In this document: positions 1 through 6,632 of the stretch, in pieces
Numbering within the stretch: the stretch's first letter is position 1
Layout: every line of letters begins with the position of its first letter
Virus record (IMG/VR): IMGVR_UViG_2737471833_000011
Length of the DNA stretch: 10,872 bases
Source: a virus
Lineage: Duplodnaviria > Heunggongvirae > Uroviricota > Caudoviricetes
Strand: one strand, 5' to 3'
Program-made: the position numbers and the translations under genes
Notes under the pieces: generated by a model
Told to the model about the DNA's origin: nothing
The model's input: only the letters and a program-made list of their open reading frames with translations
The model's database searches: none

Positions 1-1260
1 ATGCCAAAACTCACAGATATGCAGATCCGCGCATGGATAAAGGCGGGAGACAGATTTGATGGCAAGGCAGACGGCAACGGCCTTTATATTTGCTACCCCA
101 AAAACTACACAGTCCCGTTCTGGCGATTCCGATATAAGCTCGCAGGAAAACAGCGGGCTATGGTTATCGGCTCTTACTCCGAACTGTCACTATCAAAAGC
201 CAGAGAAACAGCAAAAGAGCTGTCAGCCAGAGTTGCTCTTGGCTATGACGTAGCAGCAGAAAAACAGGAACGAAAAGCTGAAGCACTGGCAAAAATGGAG
301 GCTGAGAAAAACGCCATGCGCGTTTCAGATCTGGCCGCCGAATACTTCGAGCGACAGATACTTCCGAGATGGAAACATCCCGATATCCTTCGCCGGAGAA
401 TTGATAAGGATATTAACCCCTGCATTGGGCATATGAAGGTAGAGGACGTTAAGCCACGCCACATTGACGACATGTTGAAAGGTATCGTTGACCGAGGAGC
501 ACCAACGATAGCAACAGATGTATTACGCTGGACACGCCGTATCTTTGACTATGGGATAAAACGCCACGCTCTGGAGATAAACCCTTGTTCAGCGTTTGAA
601 GTATCTGATGCTGGTGGTAAAGAGGTTTCCCGCGACCGTTGGCTAACTCGCGATGAGCTTATCAGGCTATTCGAGGCTATGCGCACCGCAAAAGGATTCA
701 GCCGCCAGAACGAACTGACATTTAAGCTATTGCTGGCACTATGCGTTCGTAAGATGGAGTTATGCGCCGCACGATGGGAAGAGTTTGATTTAGATGGTGC
801 GGTATGGCATTTGCCGGAAGAACGCAGCAAAAACGGAGCCCCTATTGATATACCTCTACCTTCCCCAGCCGTTGAATGGTTGAGAGAGCTACACACCTTT
901 TCATGTAATAGCGCATGGGTGCTTCCGGCCAGGAAGATGCAAAACAGAATGATTCCACATATTCAGGAAAGCACTTTACCCGTAGCACTGGCTAAGGTTC
1001 GCGCCGAAATGCCGGATGTGCCTAATTTCACGATTCACGACTTCCGACGCACCGCACGTACTCATTTAGCAGCGCTGGGCGTTGATCCGGTAGTGGCTGA
1101 AAGATGCCTCAATCACCGCATAAAAGGCGTTGAGGGTATCTATAACCGTCACCAATACTTTGACGAGCGCCGGGCTGCGTTAACACAGTGGGCGGGCTTG
1201 CTGGTGGCTCTGGAGAAGGGCGAAGATTACAACGTGACGCCTATCAGAAAGGCAAAGTAA
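1..1260 (+). CDS. int: P4-type tyrosine integrase / site-specific recombinase
   Basis: 419-aa ORF ending at TAA 1258-1260. C-terminal catalytic-domain signatures: HDFRRTARTH (H-x-x-R box) and a terminal Tyr in GIYNRHQY. Length and layout match phage P4 Int-like recombinases. The window starts at the ATG, so the upstream promoter and att/tRNA are not visible. Confidence 0.93.
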   Translation: MPKLTDMQIRAWIKAGDRFDGKADGNGLYICYPKNYTVPFWRFRYKLAGKQRAMVIGSYSELSLSKARETAKELSARVALGYDVAAEKQERKAEALAKMEAEKNAMRVSDLAAEYFERQILPRWKHPDILRRRIDKDINPCIGHMKVEDVKPRHIDDMLKGIVDRGAPTIATDVLRWTRRIFDYGIKRHALEINPCSAFEVSDAGGKEVSRDRWLTRDELIRLFEAMRTAKGFSRQNELTFKLLLALCVRKMELCAARWEEFDLDGAVWHLPEERSKNGAPIDIPLPSPAVEWLRELHTFSCNSAWVLPARKMQNRMIPHIQESTLPVALAKVRAEMPDVPNFTIHDFRRTARTHLAALGVDPVVAERCLNHRIKGVEGIYNRHQYFDERRAALTQWAGLLVALEKGEDYNVTPIRKAK

Positions 1261-1267
1261 CCGAACA

Positions 1268-1323
1268 GACCGGAACTAGCCCGACGGGGCGAAAAGCGGA
1301 AAGCCTTACCGCCTGTTCCGGTC
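1268..1323. other. 9-bp perfect inverted repeat (GACCGGAAC ... GTTCCGGTC) directly after the int stop
   Basis: Arms at 1268-1276 and 1315-1323 are exact reverse complements, separated by about 38 nt. No convincing U-tract follows, so it is not a classic intrinsic terminator. Confidence 0.3.
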
Positions 1324-1353
1324 ACTCTTTAAGGCAGCGCGAAAGGTTACGCT

Positions 1354-2235
1354 ATGAGCAAATTGTTCCAGTTCAAAAGTTGGTTGACCATAGAGGAAAC
1401 CGCAAACAGGTTAAGCACAACACTCGGTGAAAGGGTATCTGTAGCCGATTGCCTGCAATTGGCTGTAGAAGGCCACATTACAATTTCAGCGATATTGGAC
1501 GAAGGCCGTTACGCTATCGCTGCTCAAGTCATCAAAAACTCGCAACGAAGAGTTTTTGAAAAGTGGATTGTTGAAAATACTAACGAAGGTGCGGTAATTA
1601 GAACTCCTGCCGGTGATGAATTCTATACTAATGAACAATTGGATTATGAATACGAAGATATAGAAAGAGTCAGTGATGTTTTTCGTATTAATCATGGCAT
1701 ATACGATCTACCGATGGTTGGGGCTGAATCTTTAGATGTTATGCACGAGTTTGACCTTTCACGCGACAAGGTTCCCCGTGAATTTCACAACATGGAAGGT
1801 GCTTTCCTCTTAACAGAATTTGGTCTGGTGAATATTCTGAACGCGTTCAATGAATATGCCATCAAGTCAGATGAAAATGGCAAACCTAAACTGTACGACA
1901 AAGAATCACAGAGGTTTGTTGACTTTAGCCTCGATGGTTATCATCCCTTTTTCTATCCTGCTGATGGGCTGGGTAATGTCGAGTTCGTATTCAGAAAAGA
2001 AAATATTGCAGAATTTGAAAAGAAAACACTCAGTGATAACAACAGTCTCCTGAACCTCGATGAAAGCCTTTTACTGCTTGGCGCGGTGCTCAACGCTTTA
2101 AAGAAAGCCGAACCAACTTCTAAAAGGTGGACACAAGAAGCCCTCAAAGCAGAAATGCTGGATAGGGGTTTAAAATTAAGCTCCCGCTTACTGGATGAAT
2201 ATTTCTCATCAGCTAACAAATCTTTTAAATCATAA
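1354..2235 (+). CDS. Hypothetical 293-aa acidic protein, AT-rich cargo gene, function unknown
   Basis: ATG at 1354 with AAAGG 7 nt upstream; stop TAA 2233-2235. Visibly AT-richer than the flanking int and alpA genes (by inspection, not computed). No recognisable catalytic motif. The N-terminal stretch LTIEETANRLSTTLGERVSVADCLQL is loosely HTH-like. Confidence 0.8.
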   Translation: MSKLFQFKSWLTIEETANRLSTTLGERVSVADCLQLAVEGHITISAILDEGRYAIAAQVIKNSQRRVFEKWIVENTNEGAVIRTPAGDEFYTNEQLDYEYEDIERVSDVFRINHGIYDLPMVGAESLDVMHEFDLSRDKVPREFHNMEGAFLLTEFGLVNILNAFNEYAIKSDENGKPKLYDKESQRFVDFSLDGYHPFFYPADGLGNVEFVFRKENIAEFEKKTLSDNNSLLNLDESLLLLGAVLNALKKAEPTSKRWTQEALKAEMLDRGLKLSSRLLDEYFSSANKSFKS

Positions 2236-2243
2236 AGATAATT

Positions 2244-2272
2244 TCGCAACGAAAATCCATTTTTCGTTGCGA
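2244..2272. other. Perfect 12-bp stem / 5-nt loop hairpin between the cargo gene and alpA
   Basis: TCGCAACGAAAA (2244-2255), loop TCCAT, TTTTCGTTGCGA (2261-2272). It begins 9 nt after the cargo stop. No clear T-run follows on the + strand. Confidence 0.45.
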
Positions 2273-2340
2273 TGACATCTAATCCCCCTGCTCACATGAT
2301 TACCGTAACTTCAACAGCTATCACAGGAGTTACAGAACAT

Positions 2341-2559
2341 ATGACAGCACACAAGCCAGCATCATCAGCTATCCCAACAACTGGATACATCCGTCGCTTT
2401 CGCATGCCGGAATTGCTAGGTGTTTCACTGCCTACTATTGATAGATGGGTTAAAAATGGCACTCTTCCACGCCCAGTGAAGCTAACAGATAACGTGACTG
2501 CGTTTGATGCGGTGGAAATTAATAACTGGCTGGCAGAACGTCGGGGAAAGGTGGCCTGA
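2341..2559 (+). CDS. alpA: AlpA/Vis-family helix-turn-helix prophage regulator (excisionase-like)
   Basis: The core MPELLGVSLPTIDRWVKNGTLPRPVKLTDNVTAFDAVEINNWL matches the AlpA/Vis HTH pattern (L..T.YR..K.G.FPKPVKLG...W...E...W). Start chosen at ATG 2341 (AGGAG at 2325-2329); in-frame ATGs at 2272 and 2296 lack an SD. The stop TGA 2557-2559 overlaps the next start (TGATG). Confidence 0.8.
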   Translation: MTAHKPASSAIPTTGYIRRFRMPELLGVSLPTIDRWVKNGTLPRPVKLTDNVTAFDAVEINNWLAERRGKVA

Positions 2560-2990
2560 TGGAAAAGAAAAACCGCCCATTACAGGCGGCTAATTCAGAT
2601 ATTCGCGTATCTGATATTACGCCCCTTACAAAATCCCTTCAAGCACCAAAGCGCACACCGAAAAAGCATCGTGCCCGAGTCTATATGCTGCGTACTGGTA
2701 TAGAGGGATGGACAGAAAATGACATTCTTCGCTACTGCCGTCTGTCTTCTGGTCGTAACTATGCAACAGAGTTAGAACGCCAGCTTGGAATCACTCTGGA
2801 GCGTATCGACGAAAAGAATCCTGATGGTATCGGAACACACCTTCGCTACCGTTTCTCCTGCCGTGGTGATGTTCTGAAAGTGATCACTCATGTTAACCAT
2901 CTTGCGAACATAAATGATCACAACGGACTTTCTCAGCAGGAAATTGCCGACATTCTGAAACTCTACCCGGACGCGTTTAACGCCGCCTAA
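2559..2990 (+). CDS. Hypothetical protein, 143 aa
   Basis: ATG 2559 overlaps the alpA stop, indicating translational coupling. Stop TAA 2988-2990. No motif recognised. Confidence 0.75.
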   Translation: MEKKNRPLQAANSDIRVSDITPLTKSLQAPKRTPKKHRARVYMLRTGIEGWTENDILRYCRLSSGRNYATELERQLGITLERIDEKNPDGIGTHLRYRFSCRGDVLKVITHVNHLANINDHNGLSQQEIADILKLYPDAFNAA

Positions 2991-3002
2991 CGGAGACTAA
3001 AA

Positions 3003-3836
3003 ATGAACATCGAAAAAAGCAGATTAATTTCTGAGGCCGCCCCTCATCTGAACGCCTATCAGGGCACAATTAACGGTAATGAATTTGCCGCAATTGTCCC
3101 GGTTATTTCTGGTCATATAGGTGGGCGTGAAACCAATATTGTTAGCGCAAAAGCGTTACACAAAGCGTTGGGCGTGGGAAAAGACTTCTCTACATGGATC
3201 ACTGATCGCATCTCTGAATATGACTTCACCATTGGTCACGATTACTCAGTCCATAAAACAATTTCCCCAAATTTGGGGAAAAGCCCGAATGGCGCGGCTT
3301 ACAGCAAGATTAAGCACTCTGGCAGACCCGGCAAAGACTATCTGTTAAGTGTCGGAATGGCGAAAGAACTGGCAATGATCGAACGCAATGATCAGGGTCG
3401 CGCTATCCGCCGTTATTTCATCCAGTGCGAGGAAGAATTACAGCGTAGCGTGCCTGAAATCGCCGCCCGCTATCGTCGCCAGCTAAAAGCCCGTATCAGT
3501 GCCGCAAACAACTTTAAGCCAATGTGCGATGCGCTGAATATGGCCCGTGCCGAGATGGGTAAAGCGACGCAGCAGCGCCACTACAGCAACGAGAGCAACA
3601 TGATCGCCCGTATCGTGCTGGGTGGCATGACGGCGAAGCAGTGGGCGCAGGCAAATGGCATTACTGGCGAACCACGGGACAGCATGAACGCAGCACAGCT
3701 TGAACACCTCGCCTATCTCGAAAGCACCAATATCACGTTAATTGATATGGGCATGGAATATGAGCAGCGCAAAGGAGAACTCACCCGCCTGTCGCAACGC
3801 TGGCTCGCTAAACGTCTGGAGGTAAACCATGCGTAA
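3003..3836 (+). CDS. Putative phage antirepressor-like protein (Ant/KilAC/Rha-type motifs), 277 aa
   Basis: GGAG at 2992-2995, 7 nt before the ATG. The segments SAKALHKALGVGKDFSTWITDRI and KDYLLSVGMAKELAMIERNDQGRAIRRYFIQCEEEL resemble phage antirepressor / Rha-type regulators. Family assignment is by eye only. Confidence 0.8.
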   Translation: MNIEKSRLISEAAPHLNAYQGTINGNEFAAIVPVISGHIGGRETNIVSAKALHKALGVGKDFSTWITDRISEYDFTIGHDYSVHKTISPNLGKSPNGAAYSKIKHSGRPGKDYLLSVGMAKELAMIERNDQGRAIRRYFIQCEEELQRSVPEIAARYRRQLKARISAANNFKPMCDALNMARAEMGKATQQRHYSNESNMIARIVLGGMTAKQWAQANGITGEPRDSMNAAQLEHLAYLESTNITLIDMGMEYEQRKGELTRLSQRWLAKRLEVNHA

Positions 3837-4011
3837 CCATAATCCGATGCCGGGAAGCCGTTACAAGGACAGTCACGGGGCTGTAGTGACCGTACAGCGC
3901 GTCGAGCATAACCGAGTGACCTTTTACCGCGAGGGCTATCAGTCGCCATGTGTTCAGCCTTTGGAGAGATTCGTTAATGAGTTCGTGGAGGTGCGCCGTG
4001 ATACTGAATGA
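3829..4011 (+). CDS. Small hypothetical protein, 60 aa
   Basis: ATG 3829 sits inside the CCATGCGTAA junction with the upstream stop; GGAGGT lies 5 nt upstream. Stop TGA 4009-4011. Confidence 0.6.
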   Translation: MRNHNPMPGSRYKDSHGAVVTVQRVEHNRVTFYREGYQSPCVQPLERFVNEFVEVRRDTE

Positions 4012-4915
4012 ACCTGCCGCCCAGAAAGAAGCCTTTAATCTGGCTAGCCTGTTAACAAATGTTAACCCTTACAACCTTATAAAACCAAAGGTCGCGAACG
4101 GCTGCCTGTTATCAATTGTTATGGTTAATGACTTAGCAAAACTTAGCCTGAACCTCACAAAACCTGACATCCACGCACGGGGAATGACGACAAATGATGA
4201 CATTTTAAACCAAGAAATAATCACCTCTAAAAAGCTGATTGTGGGGAATAAATTCCCCCTGCTGGCTGGTGGTATGAACTGGATTGCTACCGTTGTGAAC
4301 CGTTCCACATCGACTTTCGCGACAAATACGCGTGCGCTGGAAGATTTATTAGGGGTCGTTACGCGAGAAGGTGAGTATTCGGAGTCCATAAAAAAGGGCA
4401 GTGCCAGCAGGTCGGACCACCAGCACCGGAAACCGTGTTATATTTCCCCCGCTGGTGTAAATCCACCAGCCGGGCGTGAGAACCTGTTTAATGAGCAAAA
4501 GGCGACACAGACGCGCCCAGCGTCTTTTTTTGTGTCATGCCATCGCGCAACCATACCCAGCGGCAAAGCCCGCACAGTATCTATGGTGGCGCTGGTGGGG
4601 CAGCCGAAAGGCTGGCCGGTTTCCTTTTGCGCCGGTTTTCTCACCCCTGCCAGCGTCACCGCCCCTTATGAGTGTGAGAACTCAGGCGGTGACTCCTTAA
4701 ATTTGCAAAAGGAGGCTGCCATCATGGCTACTACCCCTACCCAAAAACCGCAATTTATCTGGATTATCGCCGCAGTTCGCCGCGATTGCCCGACAATTAC
4801 CGCCAAAATTCATCATATCGCCGCAGAGACTGAGCAGGAAGCACGCCGCTCACTGGCACGCGAGCACGTCACCTTTTTCGCAGGCCGTATCCGTCAGGAG
4901 GTGCGCCATGCGTAA
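3977..4915 (+). CDS. Alternative long reading of a stop-free frame (about 312 aa); may be a real gene, a fused/pseudogenised gene, or partly non-coding
   Basis: The frame is stop-free from 3950 to 4915. Candidate starts are ATG 3977 (GGAG at 3963-3966) and GTG 3998, the latter preceded by GGAGGTGCGCC, the same 11-mer that precedes ATG 4908. Against a single gene: hairpin 4448-4474, terminator-like 4509-4531, inverted repeat 4655-4693 and a strong internal SD+ATG at 4724 all fall inside it. Mutually exclusive with the 4724-4915 call. Confidence 0.35.
   Translation: MSSWRCAVILNEPAAQKEAFNLASLLTNVNPYNLIKPKVANGCLLSIVMVNDLAKLSLNLTKPDIHARGMTTNDDILNQEIITSKKLIVGNKFPLLAGGMNWIATVVNRSTSTFATNTRALEDLLGVVTREGEYSESIKKGSASRSDHQHRKPCYISPAGVNPPAGRENLFNEQKATQTRPASFFVSCHRATIPSGKARTVSMVALVGQPKGWPVSFCAGFLTPASVTAPYECENSGGDSLNLQKEAAIMATTPTQKPQFIWIIAAVRRDCPTITAKIHHIAAETEQEARRSLAREHVTFFAGRIRQEVRHA
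4509..4531 (+). terminator. Candidate rho-independent terminator (6-bp stem AGACGC/GCGTCT, loop GCCCA, then T7)
   Basis: Stem 4509-4514 pairs with 4520-4525, followed by the T-run 4525-4531. The short stem makes it weak to moderate. It is orientation-specific to the + strand. Confidence 0.4.
4655..4693. promoter_or_regulatory. 9-bp perfect inverted repeat GTCACCGCC / GGCGGTGAC with a nested 5-bp stem, 15 nt upstream of a strong SD
   Basis: Arms at 4655-4663 and 4685-4693. Inner stem TGAGT (4669-4673) / ACTCA (4680-4684). The SD AAGGAGG is at 4709-4715. Could be an operator or an RNA structure gating translation. Confidence 0.35.
4724..4915 (+). CDS. Small hypothetical protein, 63 aa (short alternative to the long frame)
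   Basis: Strong SD AAGGAGG (4709-4715) 8 nt before ATG 4724. Product MATTPTQKPQFIWIIAAVRRDCPTITAKIHHIAAETEQEARRSLAREHVTFFAGRIRQEVRHA. Stop TAA 4913-4915 lies inside the CCATGCGTAA junction. Confidence 0.5.
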   Translation: MATTPTQKPQFIWIIAAVRRDCPTITAKIHHIAAETEQEARRSLAREHVTFFAGRIRQEVRHA

Positions 4916-5087
4916 TTACTTCCGTGTTACTGGCTACGCCGTCAATAAGCGCGGGCTGACCGTTGGTATTCATTATGACATCACGGCGAGTCGTGCCAGA
5001 GAAGCCATTAGCCACGCCACTCTACAGGCGCAGCGTGATGGACTGACTCACGTCCGCATTACCTGCATTCAGGAGGTGGCAGCATGA
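4908..5087 (+). CDS. Small hypothetical protein, 59 aa (absent from the supplied ORF track, just under its apparent length cutoff)
   Basis: ATG 4908 preceded by GGAGG (4897-4901). Reads MRNYFRVTGYAVNKRGLTVGIHYDITASRAREAISHATLQAQRDGLTHVRITCIQEVAA. Stop TGA 5085-5087 overlaps the next start (ATGA at 5084). Confidence 0.55.
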   Translation: MRNYFRVTGYAVNKRGLTVGIHYDITASRAREAISHATLQAQRDGLTHVRITCIQEVAA

Positions 5088-5398
5088 GCATATACAACGA
5101 CTTATCACCACTTACGCTTGATGGTTGCACGCCTGACGACCTGAAAGGAATTGAGGAGCGAGCCAGTGAAGCCGCTAGCGATTTATTGGTGGGCGTTAGC
5201 GCCATTGGCAACCTCATGTTTTGGGCGGCAGCCAGTGAAGGCTATCCAGAGAAAGCCGCTAAGGATGATATGTACAGAATCGGCGCAATGTTGGGAACCG
5301 TCGGAGAGGTGGCGCGGGCGCTGAATGATACAGCGCAAAACGCTGCGTTTTTGATATTCGACGGTGAGAAAAAAACCAAAGGGAGGGCGGGCAAATGA
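5084..5398 (+). CDS. Hypothetical protein, 104 aa
   Basis: ATG 5084 with AGGAGG upstream. Start overlaps the upstream stop (ATGA), and its stop TGA 5396-5398 overlaps the next ATG 5395. Confidence 0.75.
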   Translation: MSIYNDLSPLTLDGCTPDDLKGIEERASEAASDLLVGVSAIGNLMFWAAASEGYPEKAAKDDMYRIGAMLGTVGEVARALNDTAQNAAFLIFDGEKKTKGRAGK

Positions 5399-5658
5399 AC
5401 ATTAATACCATCTATCGCCACCCGGCAGAGCTGGAAGCCGAAGCGATGTTATCCCGCGAGCAGGCTTACCCGGATGATTTTACGCTGGCAGACCGAACGG
5501 CAGAACGCATGACCCGCGCCCGCAATGGGCTGGCTCACGTTATGACCGAATTAGCCCCGCACATGGACGCAGAGCAAACAGCAGCCGTCCAGTGCTGGCT
5601 GATGAAGGTTTTGGCTATTGTCGATGCCACCCTGATTGATGCGGAGGGCAGCGCATGA
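5395..5658 (+). CDS. Hypothetical protein, 87 aa
   Basis: ATG 5395 preceded by GGGAGGG. ATGA overlaps at both ends link it to the neighbouring genes. Confidence 0.75.
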   Translation: MNINTIYRHPAELEAEAMLSREQAYPDDFTLADRTAERMTRARNGLAHVMTELAPHMDAEQTAAVQCWLMKVLAIVDATLIDAEGSA

Positions 5659-6281
5659 GCAACGCACCGACCATTAAATCGGGAAATGCCGACTTATTAC
5701 ACGCCGAAGCCACACCGCACGGCGTCAATATCATGACCCGCAATGATGCCGGGGGATATGAGCAGGTTGCTCTTATCAGCTACGAGAGCGCCGTGAACGG
5801 CCTTGACGCCGGAGAGTACGACGATAAGCCAGATATCGGATACGCCATTCATTTTGCCGTTGCTGATGGCGGGGCGCGTGGCTGGTTCGACTTCACCGCG
5901 CAGCATAACGTCACTATGTGGCGCTGGCTGATTGCTGCGACGTTCATTTCTGAGATGAAGCGCGAAAACGGCACAACCACGGTAACTGAGTCTGACGGCA
6001 CTTCATCGCAGGTGGCGATTTACTCCAATGGCACGGCGGGGATTGTGGTTTACCCGTTCGCGGAACGTCTGGCGATGGCTAACAACATGGAGGGCGCAAT
6101 GGTTGAGCGCTACGGCATTGAGCAGGGAACAGCGAACGCCATTGTTTTTTATCAGGCCATGATCGACACGGAGCGCGGCGAGTTGACCCCGTTCGGGCGT
6201 GAAACGCTTGCTGAACTTCACAACAGCTTTATAGCTGAACTGGATGAAAACGGCTGGCCTGAAATGCCGCTGCCGCACTGA
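5655..6281 (+). CDS. Hypothetical protein, 208 aa
   Basis: ATG 5655 preceded by GGAGGG. Stop TGA 6279-6281. No motif recognised. Confidence 0.8.
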   Translation: MSNAPTIKSGNADLLHAEATPHGVNIMTRNDAGGYEQVALISYESAVNGLDAGEYDDKPDIGYAIHFAVADGGARGWFDFTAQHNVTMWRWLIAATFISEMKRENGTTTVTESDGTSSQVAIYSNGTAGIVVYPFAERLAMANNMEGAMVERYGIEQGTANAIVFYQAMIDTERGELTPFGRETLAELHNSFIAELDENGWPEMPLPH

Positions 6282-6290
6282 GGGGGCGAC

Positions 6291-6632
6291 ATGATTACTA
6301 AAAATTTCCGACTTAATGCGCTGGCGAATAAGTATGCGTCGGCACTGTATAACCACATTACGGCTATCAATGGTGGCAATTACTTCATGGTTGACGCGGC
6401 AGGCCAGCAAATCCGTGTGGAAATCGTCAATGGAGTAAAAGGCGTTCGCAGCCTGATCGATAGCTACACACTGGCAGCCATGAAAGTGTCCTACCCGCAG
6501 TGGGAAACCGTGGGGATCGAGATTCTTGATCGTTGCGTCACTAATGACGGATTGACTGACGTAGGGCGCGAGATATGGCAAAGCATGGTTAAAGACATGG
6601 GCGCGACCGTGGCAGGGGGCAACCATGCGTAA
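6291..6632 (+). CDS. Hypothetical protein, 113 aa
   Basis: ATG 6291 preceded by a G-run SD (6282-6286). Stop TAA 6630-6632 lies inside the CCATGCGTAA junction that contains the primase start. Confidence 0.8.
   Translation: MITKNFRLNALANKYASALYNHITAINGGNYFMVDAAGQQIRVEIVNGVKGVRSLIDSYTLAAMKVSYPQWETVGIEILDRCVTNDGLTDVGREIWQSMVKDMGATVAGGNHA

Noticed and set aside
243-896. Minus-strand ORFs 243-473 and 549-896 inside the integrase gene
   Set aside because: Both are antisense to a high-confidence integrase ORF, have no SD, and are Ser/Arg-rich.
2272-2340. N-terminal extension of alpA from ATG 2272 or 2296
   Set aside because: Neither has an SD, and 2272 abuts the hairpin. AlpA-family proteins are about 70 aa, which fits a start at 2341. 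Start choice remains uncertain.
4069-4700. ORFs 4069-4389 (-), 4438-4659 (-) and 4476-4700 (+)
   Set aside because: They are low-complexity, lack an SD, and span the predicted hairpin and terminator. The only frame here with any support is the long + frame discussed in the findings.
4012-4723. Retron-like ncRNA in the structured region
   Set aside because: No reverse transcriptase gene is present anywhere in the window, and the inverted repeats do not show the msr/msd arrangement.
6003-6626. 207-aa minus-strand ORF
   Set aside because: It lies antisense to two well-supported, SD-bearing, translationally coupled + strand genes. Its Arg/His/Cys-rich, low-complexity composition is typical of antisense artefacts.
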